Both the position numbers and the translations under genes were made by a program. This document shows positions 21,156 through 30,938 of a stretch of 35,641 nt of DNA, in pieces; position 1 is the stretch's first letter, and the number at the start of each line of letters is the position of its first letter. The DNA is taken from the NCBI GenBank assembly GCA_001773455.1, contig MEWR01000014.1, forward strand, positions 5,181-40,821. Direction: 5' to 3'. This DNA comes from Candidatus Abawacabacteria bacterium RBG_16_42_10. GTDB lineage: Bacteria; Patescibacteriota; Gracilibacteria; RBG-16-42-10. A model generated the notes under the pieces. The model had not been told where the DNA came from and did not search any database. It saw only the letters and a list, made by a program, of their open reading frames with translations.

Positions 21156-21731
21156 TTATCTTCCAAATCCGAGGAATTGCAGAATAATATACACAAAGCT
21201 CCATGCCAGCATCAGAATGGCAAATCCCAGCACCACATTGAAAAGATTTTTCTTAGCTTTTCCTATGGCATCAGCACGACCTTGTGCCAGTAAAAACTGA
21301 ATAGCGGAAAAAACAATTGCCACGATAGCAATAATCGCGACAAAATTGAGCACATTATTCACAACAGTAGTAATCAATGCTTCCACTCCACCGGAACCAG
21401 GTAAACCATGAGCAGGTGGGGCTACGATTTGTAGTGGAGAACCGGAAGATCCGGCTCCCCCTGATGTGGGACTACCCAACTCAGCCGAGCCAGGTGCAGA
21501 CCCCGCTGTCGGTGCTGGCACTCCTGTTCCAATATCCGCAGATCCGGGTTCCGATCCTGTTGGAGCTGCCGGCACTCCGGTTCCAATACCCGCAGATCCG
21601 GGTTCCGAACCCTCAGGTGGTGGTGGCATGGTCACTTCCGTGCCAGCAAAAACAATTTGCAGTGAACATAACAGGCTTATTGCAATGAGCAAAACACGAC
21701 CGAATAAAAAATACAGACTTTTAACCACCAT
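21156..21731 (-). CDS. VirB2/TrbC-like pilin with 18-aa Gly/Pro/Ser repeats
   Basis: Signal peptide ending VFA, three GSEPGSA repeats, TM-AQGRADAIGKAKKNL-TM hairpin. Confidence 0.8.
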   Translation of the reverse strand: MVVKSLYFLFGRVLLIAISLLCSLQIVFAGTEVTMPPPPEGSEPGSAGIGTGVPAAPTGSEPGSADIGTGVPAPTAGSAPGSAELGSPTSGGAGSSGSPLQIVAPPAHGLPGSGGVEALITTVVNNVLNFVAIIAIVAIVFSAIQFLLAQGRADAIGKAKKNLFNVVLGFAILMLAWSFVYIILQFLGFGR

Positions 21732-22830
21732 AGAAAATTCTCGTTACAAAGATAATAATCAAATATGCAAATGATGCGATCACAAGACCGACCACCGTAA
21801 GTGTAATCACCTGCTTCGCCTTGCCGACCTGTGCATCGTCACCACGGGCAGTCATATAGAGTATACCTCCATACATGATCGACAGCACTGCGATGATTGC
21901 GAGAAACCCGGAAATATAATTGATCGCATTATTGATAATCCTATCGATACTGATACGGCCAAATGTAGAAAAAGGAGTAACATTTACAAAACCCGGCCCG
22001 GTATAGATGGTACCAGGTGCGATACCGGAGGTGGGAGCACCACCACCGCTTACATCAGTAGAAAGCGGTTCAGATCCACTCGTAGCACCAGGAGAAGGAG
22101 AGACTACAGCTCCAGGTCTATGCGCTATAGAAGTTGCCATCTCATCTTGGCAAGGATGGCCAGACGAGGCCCTCACTGCGTCCCTCAACTGCGGACCAGT
22201 TGACGAATCAGTAATACCTGATAATTGCCAATTTGCACTTCCGCCAGCACCGTTCTGCATAAGACAATCACTGAAAGCATTGAGCTTGGTTCGCGCTGCT
22301 TGATCTCTACCACTTGGGCTGCCTTGATTACTATCATAAGGACCAATTGGTGGGCTGTTTCCAGGAAGACCATTGCGCCAGATAAGTATAATATTTGCTC
22401 TATCCCTCACAACAACAGGCGCATATCTGCCATTAGAATCACGATTTCCTGCCTGCTCGGCATTGTACACGGCAACATGTTGACTGTGACATGGATGATT
22501 TGCGTCTTCATTCATGGCCGCAATAAGTTGTGCAGTTGTTGCAGTCTCCAACGTACCACCAAATTGCCAGTTCTTACTACCTTCCGGACCTGTGTATAAA
22601 CATGTCACCACAGCATCCAACGCATTGATAATATTCGTACGATACGTTTGTGTCGGTTGATTAGGTTGTCCGGCAACAGGATCACGATATGTGGACTCAT
22701 AAAGTGTGTAGTATTGGTGAATATAATCCTGTACCACTCCAGCAAAAGCCACGGGAATCACTGCAAGAAATATACTGGCAGTGAAGAGAGAAAGAATAAT
22801 TTTTTTCCAGTACTTTTGGAATTTCATCAT
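21721..22830 (-). CDS. VirB2/TrbC-like pilin with large N-terminal Cys-His repeat domain
   Basis: Signal peptide ending VAFA, ~210-aa domain, S/T/P/G linker, YGGILYMTARGDDAQVGKAK hairpin. Confidence 0.82.
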   Translation of the reverse strand: MMKFQKYWKKIILSLFTASIFLAVIPVAFAGVVQDYIHQYYTLYESTYRDPVAGQPNQPTQTYRTNIINALDAVVTCLYTGPEGSKNWQFGGTLETATTAQLIAAMNEDANHPCHSQHVAVYNAEQAGNRDSNGRYAPVVVRDRANIILIWRNGLPGNSPPIGPYDSNQGSPSGRDQAARTKLNAFSDCLMQNGAGGSANWQLSGITDSSTGPQLRDAVRASSGHPCQDEMATSIAHRPGAVVSPSPGATSGSEPLSTDVSGGGAPTSGIAPGTIYTGPGFVNVTPFSTFGRISIDRIINNAINYISGFLAIIAVLSIMYGGILYMTARGDDAQVGKAKQVITLTVVGLVIASFAYLIIIFVTRIFYGG

Positions 22831-23990
22831 GGTGTCGTTTCTAGTAAAAGAGTATTGAGGACCGTCACAATAGTCAAAGCTGACAATGCCAATATCATGG
22901 CGATGATGGAATACAGAATAATATCCCGAGCCTGTTTGACCTTGGCCGGATCTCCGGCGGCCATGATGTATTGATACCCACCCCAGACGATAAATATCAC
23001 CATCACTCCTACGATGAGGGGAAGTATGCGACGAACAAGTAAATCAAAAAGAAAATTCATCAGCCCCGATATACTCGGTGTACTGCCCGAAGCAAAACCG
23101 GGTGTCAGCACATCCTCAGATCTCGGCTCGACAATTCTTTGATAAAGAGGTCGATCATCGATAGTGGGACTTGCCCCAGCTCCGGTACTCGTGAGAGGAG
23201 TACCAGTACCAGCTTCTGTAGCACCCGGGGTGGAGCCCTCCGGAGGCGGAGTGTCACCGGTGGAAGGAGCAGCTACAGCTTCAGGTCTATGCGCCACAGA
23301 AGTTTCCAACTCATCTTGGCAAGGATGGCCTGACGAGTTCCTCACTGCGTCCCTCAACTGTGGACCAGTGGACGAATCAGTAATACCTGACAATCGCCAA
23401 TTTGCCTGACCGTTTGTTCCATTCTGCATGAGACAATCATCAAATGCATTAAGTTTTGTACGTGCAGCTTGATCTCTACCACTTGGGCTGCCTTGATTAC
23501 TATCATAACGAGCGATTGGTGGGTCGTTTTCAGGAAGACCATTGCGCCAGATAAGTATCATATCTGCTCTATCCCTCACAACAACAGGAGCATATTTTCC
23601 ATTGGGATCATTGTTACCTGCCTGTTCTGCGTTATATACAGCTACATGTTCATCGTGACAAGGATGACTAGCATCACTGTTCATTGCATTAATAAGTTGC
23701 GACGTTGTTGCCGTTTCTTGTGTACCACCAAATTGCCAGTTCTTACTACCTTCCGGACCTGAATATAAACATGTCACCACAGCATCCAACGCATTGATAA
23801 TATTCGTACGATACGGTTGTGCCGGTTGATTCGGCTGACCTGCAACAGGGTCACGATACCTTGATTCAAATGCTCTGTAATACTGATGAATATAATCCTG
23901 TACCACTCCGGCAAAGGCGACAGGAATGACTGCGAAAAACATACCGACAACGAACAATGAAAGAACGAATTTTGTAAATAAATTTTTCAT
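22827..23990 (-). CDS. VirB2/TrbC-like pilin with the paralogous Cys-His repeat domain
   Basis: N-domain highly similar to the next gene; WGGYQYIMAAGDPAKVKQAR hairpin; ATGA overlap with the next gene. Confidence 0.82.
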   Translation of the reverse strand: MKNLFTKFVLSLFVVGMFFAVIPVAFAGVVQDYIHQYYRAFESRYRDPVAGQPNQPAQPYRTNIINALDAVVTCLYSGPEGSKNWQFGGTQETATTSQLINAMNSDASHPCHDEHVAVYNAEQAGNNDPNGKYAPVVVRDRADMILIWRNGLPENDPPIARYDSNQGSPSGRDQAARTKLNAFDDCLMQNGTNGQANWRLSGITDSSTGPQLRDAVRNSSGHPCQDELETSVAHRPEAVAAPSTGDTPPPEGSTPGATEAGTGTPLTSTGAGASPTIDDRPLYQRIVEPRSEDVLTPGFASGSTPSISGLMNFLFDLLVRRILPLIVGVMVIFIVWGGYQYIMAAGDPAKVKQARDIILYSIIAMILALSALTIVTVLNTLLLETTP

Positions 23991-23993
23991 AAC

Positions 23994-24665
23994 CTAAAAT
24001 GGTACTCGTAAAGTAGTGCCACCGGGACCGGTTTGTAGTGGGCCGACACCAACGCCGGGATTGAGCGCGGCACCGATATTGAGAAGTGTAGCTACCAAAG
24101 CATAAATACCGAAAACAATAATCATACTCATGACAGTTCCCCAAAGTACTTTTTTTGCCTTGTCCAATTTGGCTTGATCACCGCTCGCAGTGATGTAGAG
24201 GAAACCACCCCAAATGATAAACACTATTGCTACAGCACCAAGGAAGCTCAACATAAAATTACTAAGTGCAGCAAATCCTTCTCTGGCGGTAGTAATCCGA
24301 CTAAAAAACTGTCCCTGATACTGGCTACTATATTGTGTAGGACTGAGACCGGCTTGACCACCACTCTCATCAATAAATCCGCCCGACTCTCCCCCACTAG
24401 TCTCAAGTGTATTGTCTCCTGAACCAAAGTCTCTGTCTTCAGTAATCTCATCCTCTGGACTAGTCGGAGCATCTCCGGGAACACCACCAGGTACACCTCC
24501 GGGAATTCCCGATGGTGGAGCTGGGACTGTAGTCCCCGTTTGGGCAAAGACGGGAGAAGGGAAAATTAAAAATGTAAAATGTAAAATGTAAAATTGAAAT
24601 GCAAAAATAAAAAGAAAAGAGACGAGTGAAGTTTTGAATTGAGAATTGAGAATTTTGAATTCCAT
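23994..24665 (-). CDS. VirB2/TrbC-like pilin
   Basis: Signal peptide, acidic Gly-rich linker, WGGFLYITASGDQAKLDKAKK hairpin, tail ending RVPF. Confidence 0.82.
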   Translation of the reverse strand: MEFKILNSQFKTSLVSFLFIFAFQFYILHFTFLIFPSPVFAQTGTTVPAPPSGIPGGVPGGVPGDAPTSPEDEITEDRDFGSGDNTLETSGGESGGFIDESGGQAGLSPTQYSSQYQGQFFSRITTAREGFAALSNFMLSFLGAVAIVFIIWGGFLYITASGDQAKLDKAKKVLWGTVMSMIIVFGIYALVATLLNIGAALNPGVGVGPLQTGPGGTTLRVPF

Positions 24666-24674
24666 GGTGGATTT

Positions 24675-25034
24675 TTAAAATGAAACCCCTACACCAATAT
24701 TGAGTCCGGGGCCGGAAGATTGTGGAGCCACTCCTGTGCCGGGAGTACCGAAGACACTTATGATAGTGGCTACTACAGCAAAAGAAACGATGACAAGGAG
24801 AAATCCGATCACGGCACCTACCAGGATAGTACGTCCGCTTTTAAATTGCTCAGCATTGCCTGCGGCAGAGAGCATCTTTACTCCACCCCAGATCATCACC
24901 ACTACTGCTAGAAGCCCCAGGAAACTCAAAATAATATTGATATAAAAAACCGCAATCGCTTCAACTGTCTGAGATGTGAGTAAGCCCGATCCTTGAGGAT
25001 AGTCTGGCAATAATGCTGAAATTAAATAAGGCAT
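24675..25034 (-). CDS. VirB2/TrbC-like pilin (small)
   Basis: WGGVKMLSAAGNAEQFKSGR hairpin; tail GLNIGVGVSF. Confidence 0.82.
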   Translation of the reverse strand: MPYLISALLPDYPQGSGLLTSQTVEAIAVFYINIILSFLGLLAVVVMIWGGVKMLSAAGNAEQFKSGRTILVGAVIGFLLVIVSFAVVATIISVFGTPGTGVAPQSSGPGLNIGVGVSF

Positions 25035-25042
25035 ATATATTT

Positions 25043-25690
25043 CTAAAATAAACTACCGACTAAACTGCCAATTCCCGTTCCAATACCAAAATTTACACCG
25101 CCACCGCTGGTTGAGAGACATATGCCCGCCTGTGGAGTGGCGCATTCATTGACCCCACGTCGGGTAGCAGAAATGATCGTTGAAACGATAGCAAAGGCAA
25201 TAACAACAACAAAGAAACCAACCAATGCGGATGTTAATACACTTTTAGCTTTTTTGAGTTTCCCGGCATCACCAAATGCGGTTGTGTATTGGTACCCTCC
25301 ATAGATCAGCATGATCAATACAATGAGCCCCAAGAAATCAAGGAAAAAATTAATGAGACTGACGATATACGCTTCAATGGTGGGATATGCAGGAATAGTA
25401 AAAGCTCCGGGTTGTGCTGGTCTGACATCAAAACCACCGGGTCCCAATTGTGCATAAGGATTTGTCTCATTGGGATTTCTTCTCGGTGCTATGTCACTAC
25501 TTTCTGAGCCGGTAGCAGTATCCGTTCCCCCGGTTCCCGTTTCCGTCACCAAAGAGGGAATATCTGAAGCGACACCGGAAATATCCGGCAACGAAAGTTG
25601 TGCATGAACATTTCCGGTAAAACTAAGAAAGCTTAAAAAAACACTTGCTCCCAGTAGTAACCGTACAAAAATGTTTGTGAAGGATTTCAT
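25043..25690 (-). CDS. VirB2/TrbC-like pilin
   Basis: Signal peptide ending VHA, YGGYQYTTAFGDAGKLKKAK hairpin, Cys-pair tail ending GSLF. Confidence 0.82.
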   Translation of the reverse strand: MKSFTNIFVRLLLGASVFLSFLSFTGNVHAQLSLPDISGVASDIPSLVTETGTGGTDTATGSESSDIAPRRNPNETNPYAQLGPGGFDVRPAQPGAFTIPAYPTIEAYIVSLINFFLDFLGLIVLIMLIYGGYQYTTAFGDAGKLKKAKSVLTSALVGFFVVVIAFAIVSTIISATRRGVNECATPQAGICLSTSGGGVNFGIGTGIGSLVGSLF

Positions 25691-25705
25691 GGGGATATGT
25701 ATTCT

Positions 25706-27826
25706 TTATTCGGCAACGATTCTAATAGTCGCTTCATCAACTTGGCCTGCAACATCATTTACTCGAAGCACAACATTATAAATGCCGGGTTGACTAAATG
25801 TATGTTCGACAGTTCTACCGACACCGCTGGTGGTATCATCGAAAGTCCATTGATAATCAGTAATACTTCCTGTTGAACCCGATGCGTTGAAGAATATCGT
25901 CAGTGGCGCTGTACCTCGGGTACGACTCGCTTCTATCTGCGCAATTGGCGCGGGTACTCGAACAGCTATTGCCATGGTTTGTTCGGCAGTTTGATTGGCA
26001 GTATCACGGACTGTGAGCTCTAGTGTATAAACGCCGGGCGAATTGTACGTATGTGAGACACGAGCATTGCCGATAATTTTTGTTGCATCACCAAAATCCC
26101 ATTCATAAGAAATGATATTTCCATTCGCAGAAAACGAGCCTGAAGCGTCGAAAGAAATCGTGAATGGCACATTTCCAGAGGGGGTGGCGGGATCAGTAGT
26201 GATCTGAATAATCGGTTTTTGGAGAGTTGGCGCTTTCACTTTGACAATCATCGATGTCGGTAAACTGTTTTGATTCTCATTGTCGGTGACGATGAGACTG
26301 ACCGTAAATTGGCCGGCGCGTGTAAACGTATGTTCTACTCTTTGTCCTGAAATTTTTTCCGTACCATCACCAAAGTCCCAGTCATAAGCAACTATGGTCC
26401 CATCAATATCAGTGGAACTTTCACCATTGAATGCTACGGTAAAAGGAAAGTCTCCCTCCAGCGCTCCTTTTTCCGGTGGAGGAGGATTTGAGCTAATCAC
26501 CGCTTTCGGTAATTGCCTGGGATTGCCAACTTGTACATAAATATAATCTTCAGAGACATTATCATCATTATCCTTCAAACGCACAGTGACTTTGTACGTG
26601 CCATTTTCCTTGAAGCTATGATTCACAATTTTTCCCGACTCTGGCTTATCACCATCTCCATAATCCCAATCATAACTCACGACTTGACCATCATCCGTTG
26701 AATCAGCAGCACTAAATCTCACTGCCAAGGGTTTAATACCGGTCACAACTTTTCTGTCTTCTTCCTCTACGAATGGAGGTGTAGTTGAAAGTTTAATTAC
26801 TGGAGCATTGAGTGGTGGTAGGACATTGATTGCGACAGCATATACTGTAGTATCAAAATTATTGTCCGTGAGTGTAAGTGTAGCGGTATACGTACCTTCA
26901 GCAGCATACGTATGAGATGTTTTAAGATCTGTCGTATCGGCTCCCGTACCGCTGATCGGATCACCGAAATTCCACCCCTGACTGATGATCTGACCATTGG
27001 GATCGAGCGATTCACTCGCATCAAAATTCACGGCAAGAGGTGCAGGACCCGAAGTAGGATCAACCTCAACATTGGCGGTAGGACGAGTATTATTGATAAC
27101 GACCAAAGCCTCTCTCTTATTTTCATTACTCCGAGCATCTGTCATCGTCAGTACAACGGTAAAGCGACCCTCTGACTGAAATACATGAGTCAAAGATGGA
27201 CCGGTTCCTGATTGTCCATCGCCAAAATCCCAAGCAAAAAAGTTACCGGGAGTCTGTACACCCGTCGCTGTAAATTTGACTTCAAAGGGTGCAGCCCCTG
27301 TTAAGTTGGCAGGTTCTGAAGTGATACGAAGACCGGTTTCTACCACGCGTTGTGGTAATTGAACATTTCCCAAAAGCAAAGTAAAAATAATCCACAAAAC
27401 TGACACAATGATAAGAGATATCGTTGATCGAAAGAGTAGACGCCGCGCTCTTCTGACTTGATTCGGCTCGCTTAAAGCGGCCAAATACATAAAGCCACCA
27501 ATTACCAAAGAAATGATAGAAATAACAAATATGACTCCAAAGACTACATTGACGACCTGCGACAAGACAGTTCTTACATCAGCACCCACACCAAATGCGG
27601 ATAATAAATTACCTCCACCTCCCAAAGCCGCAATAAACAAAGCGGTCAGAAAAATGAAAATAAAAACAACACCTACCCAGACCAGAATTCGCCTGGCTCC
27701 TTGTTCACCACGAGGACGCATAGATTGCCTTCGGCCTCCTGTGTCTTTTACAGCAAATCGCTCAGTCACTCGTTCTTGATTTGTAGGAGCCTTACGCTCA
27801 GGCGGAAAATCCGTTTCATTTGCCAT
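25706..27826 (-). CDS. Membrane-anchored PKD-repeat protein with a pilin-like hairpin
   Basis: Three TM segments including IGGFMYLAALSEPNQVRRAR, then 6 PKD repeats (WDFGDG-type, F.AS.S, H.F...G.Y.V.L). Confidence 0.88.
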   Translation of the reverse strand: MANETDFPPERKAPTNQERVTERFAVKDTGGRRQSMRPRGEQGARRILVWVGVVFIFIFLTALFIAALGGGGNLLSAFGVGADVRTVLSQVVNVVFGVIFVISIISLVIGGFMYLAALSEPNQVRRARRLLFRSTISLIIVSVLWIIFTLLLGNVQLPQRVVETGLRITSEPANLTGAAPFEVKFTATGVQTPGNFFAWDFGDGQSGTGPSLTHVFQSEGRFTVVLTMTDARSNENKREALVVINNTRPTANVEVDPTSGPAPLAVNFDASESLDPNGQIISQGWNFGDPISGTGADTTDLKTSHTYAAEGTYTATLTLTDNNFDTTVYAVAINVLPPLNAPVIKLSTTPPFVEEEDRKVVTGIKPLAVRFSAADSTDDGQVVSYDWDYGDGDKPESGKIVNHSFKENGTYKVTVRLKDNDDNVSEDYIYVQVGNPRQLPKAVISSNPPPPEKGALEGDFPFTVAFNGESSTDIDGTIVAYDWDFGDGTEKISGQRVEHTFTRAGQFTVSLIVTDNENQNSLPTSMIVKVKAPTLQKPIIQITTDPATPSGNVPFTISFDASGSFSANGNIISYEWDFGDATKIIGNARVSHTYNSPGVYTLELTVRDTANQTAEQTMAIAVRVPAPIAQIEASRTRGTAPLTIFFNASGSTGSITDYQWTFDDTTSGVGRTVEHTFSQPGIYNVVLRVNDVAGQVDEATIRIVAE

Positions 27827-27911
27827 AAAAGGAAATTAAAAATGTAAAATGTAAAATGTAGAATTGCATTCCCTAAATAATTTTAAATTTTTCATTTTAA
27901 ACTTTAAATTG

Positions 27912-30900
27912 CTAAGGGCTAACCGTTATCGTTTGTGGCTCACTGTCCACTTGCACATCCTGACTACCTTTTACTTTCAGTTCTACTTTATATGTTCCAG
28001 GTTGTTTGTAAATATGTGCTACTTTGGGCTGTTTACTGACAACAGTTTGATCATCGCCAAAATCAAAACGGTACTCGGAGATTTGACCGTCGGGATCATT
28101 GGAACTACTGGCATCAAATTGCACTGTTAGTGGAGCTTTTCCGAATGTTGGGCTCATGACAAATCGTGCAGTGGGAGGAAGATCTTCGACTACTGCCTGT
28201 ACCTGAACTCTATTCAATTTCGCAGCTCTCGTATCGGTAACCGTGAGAGTAACGGTAAATGTCCCCTGTCTTTTGTATTGATGAGTGGTTGTTGCACCGG
28301 ATGCCAGTGGTGATCCATCACCAAAATCCCAAGAAAAATCCAGATCGGTAGTACTACCTTCGGTATTGATCGACTTGGAACCATCGAAATTAAAGAGTGT
28401 TGCAAGTGAACCGGTAAGTGGATAACTCGGAGTAAAAAACACTGAAGCAATAGGTCCACTACCATCACCGACATGGATAGGATAGGCAGATATCGCCTCT
28501 TCTCCCTCACGATCGGCAACTTTGAGTGTCGCCAAATATCGCCCGGGTTCAGTATAGGTATGAGATTGCACTTCCACACCTTGGCTGATCGAAGTACTTC
28601 GCACAATTTCAGAACCATCACCAAAATCCCATTCAAAAGAGGTAATAGTATTCGTATCAACACGCGTAGTGAGACTACGGAAACCACCGCCTACCAAGTT
28701 CACTTGTAAAGGAGCCACACCAATCGCTTGTGAACCTTCCTGAATCTGCATAGTAGAGACAAGAAGGGATGTCACCGGTACCATTCGAGATACATCGGAT
28801 GTCAGTCCTGCAGCATCAGTGACACGCAGTGTAACAAGATTATTTCCGACTTTATCCAATGTTCTTGTGACCTCAGGATCGCGACTACTTGAGAGATCAA
28901 AGATATTGTCCCCATCAAAATCCCAGCTGAATGACAAAACATCATTGGTATCAGGATCAGAAGAAGCAGTCGCATCAAAAGTTATTTTATTGGGGACATA
29001 TGGATCATATGAAAAATCAAAAGCGGCCAAAGGCGGACTGGACTCCACAAAGAAGCGATGGCTGACACGGCCACTTACCGTACCCAAACTCGTCGTCACC
29101 TGAAGAGACACTTCATAGCGACCGGGCTTCGGAAAGCTATAGGTAAATATTTTTTCATTAGACACTTTTACCACCTCATTTGCAGCAGATGTCACCCGCC
29201 AATCATATTTCGACACTGACCCTTGTGGAGACGAGGATGCTGTTGCATCAAACCTTACCTTACTGGCTGTTGTAAGCATTTCATCCGCCTGGAAATCAAA
29301 GTCTGCAGTCGGTGTATTGCTGTCATTCAAAATCATTGTTTTTGTCACTTGTCCAAAGTTTTGTGCCTCATCGGTAATTCTGAGTGTTACCGTATATGTA
29401 CCGGGATTTTCATATGTATGAGTGACCTTCTCTTTGGCGCTCAATTGATTCTGATCTTGTATGACCGACACCGTTCCGTCACCAAAATCCCATTCTGCTT
29501 GTACGAGTTGTGTGCGGGCATTGAAACCGGGCACCAATGCACCCACACTGTCCTCCGCAGTAAAGTCAAAAGCAGTTGGAGCGAAAATATTTTGCGTAAA
29601 GAACGTTTTGTCTGGATTAGACCATGTTGTCTGTGTAGCAGAACGAATTTGCAATTTCACATCCGGCGGGGCTGATAACACTTTAATTTTTTTCTTGGCT
29701 ACCCCTGCCAATTGACCATTTTCTGCTCGTAAAACCAGTTCATAATCCCCAGGCACGCCATATGCATGGGTCACAACTTCATTGTCCTGCCCGGTATCTT
29801 GTTTACCATCACCAAAATCCCATGTAAGTTTTAGTTTCCCTTGTGCTGAAGGATCATATGAAGCAGCGCCGGAAAGAGTGATAGGTTGATTTGCCGTCAG
29901 TAAAATCTCTTCAGGCACAGGTCCCAATACCGAATCTTGATCTGTCACAATGACAGAGACTGGATATACTGGAACAATTTTTACTTCTGCAGTCGCGGCA
30001 GAGAATCCCGATGGCCCTTGCACCATGAGTTTTACCAGATAGGTACCGGCTCTCGTATATGTATGCGAGACAAAAGGACCCACAGCAAACAAACCATCAC
30101 CAAAATCCCAAAAATAACCGCTGGGATTGGGTATGGTACCAACAGCATCTTGAGATCCGGATGCATCAAAATTTATCACTTGGAATGTCGAATTGGTAGC
30201 TTTGGAAGCTTGATTGCTCCTCAAATTGGCTTTGACCTGTACAGCTCTTTCTCTATTGATGAAAAGTGACTGCAAAGAAGTATATAGGAAAACAGCAGCC
30301 TCCATTTGTTTCTGATATTCAGTGACATCTATATTGCCATTGTTAACTGCAGCCAATCCTCCGATCGCCATCACATTGTCCCCCACTCTTTGCAAACTCT
30401 CACCGATCAGCGACATGCTCGGAAAAAAGTACGGACCGGTTCCCTTCACTTCACTGAGTGCAGTAGAGGCATACACCATAGATTCAGCCAAAATATGCAA
30501 CCCAAAACCACTCAATATAATCGCACTCTCAATAGGAATCACCTGTTGTCTTGCATTCATATCATCACTGAGCTTTTTGAGAGCCGCCCCATACGTGGCG
30601 ATCAAACGAGAAACATCAGTTTTTTCAGGCTCAACTTGCAAAATATAATCAGCAACTTGTTGTAAATAGTTCGATATATACAAAAACCATTGTGATTGGA
30701 TATCCATATTGCTCCGCACGTATGTGAGTTGCTGACGGAGAGAGAGATCAGTGTTCGGCACTGCTGTCGGCTGCACAGTGCCTGTGGGAGAAGGAACTGC
30801 AGTTATTTGACCCCCGGGAGTAATAAGAGTCGGTACTTCAACATCTGTAGTTGCGGCCATTACCGAAAACGGCATCAACACCAATGTACAAAGCAAGAAT

Positions 30901-30920
30901 GACACAAGTGATTTTCTCAT
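27912..30920 (-). CDS. Secreted PKD-repeat protein (putative adhesin)
   Basis: Signal peptide ending VMA, P/T linker, helical-looking region, then about 8 PKD repeats. Confidence 0.9.
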   Translation of the reverse strand: MRKSLVSFLLCTLVLMPFSVMAATTDVEVPTLITPGGQITAVPSPTGTVQPTAVPNTDLSLRQQLTYVRSNMDIQSQWFLYISNYLQQVADYILQVEPEKTDVSRLIATYGAALKKLSDDMNARQQVIPIESAIILSGFGLHILAESMVYASTALSEVKGTGPYFFPSMSLIGESLQRVGDNVMAIGGLAAVNNGNIDVTEYQKQMEAAVFLYTSLQSLFINRERAVQVKANLRSNQASKATNSTFQVINFDASGSQDAVGTIPNPSGYFWDFGDGLFAVGPFVSHTYTRAGTYLVKLMVQGPSGFSAATAEVKIVPVYPVSVIVTDQDSVLGPVPEEILLTANQPITLSGAASYDPSAQGKLKLTWDFGDGKQDTGQDNEVVTHAYGVPGDYELVLRAENGQLAGVAKKKIKVLSAPPDVKLQIRSATQTTWSNPDKTFFTQNIFAPTAFDFTAEDSVGALVPGFNARTQLVQAEWDFGDGTVSVIQDQNQLSAKEKVTHTYENPGTYTVTLRITDEAQNFGQVTKTMILNDSNTPTADFDFQADEMLTTASKVRFDATASSSPQGSVSKYDWRVTSAANEVVKVSNEKIFTYSFPKPGRYEVSLQVTTSLGTVSGRVSHRFFVESSPPLAAFDFSYDPYVPNKITFDATASSDPDTNDVLSFSWDFDGDNIFDLSSSRDPEVTRTLDKVGNNLVTLRVTDAAGLTSDVSRMVPVTSLLVSTMQIQEGSQAIGVAPLQVNLVGGGFRSLTTRVDTNTITSFEWDFGDGSEIVRSTSISQGVEVQSHTYTEPGRYLATLKVADREGEEAISAYPIHVGDGSGPIASVFFTPSYPLTGSLATLFNFDGSKSINTEGSTTDLDFSWDFGDGSPLASGATTTHQYKRQGTFTVTLTVTDTRAAKLNRVQVQAVVEDLPPTARFVMSPTFGKAPLTVQFDASSSNDPDGQISEYRFDFGDDQTVVSKQPKVAHIYKQPGTYKVELKVKGSQDVQVDSEPQTITVSP

Positions 30921-30938
30921 GTACGTCTAAAATATTTG

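Noticed and set aside
21721-23990. Diversity-generating retroelement TR/VR pair
   Set aside because: Differences between the copies are not adenine-specific, both copies are coding, and no reverse transcriptase is present
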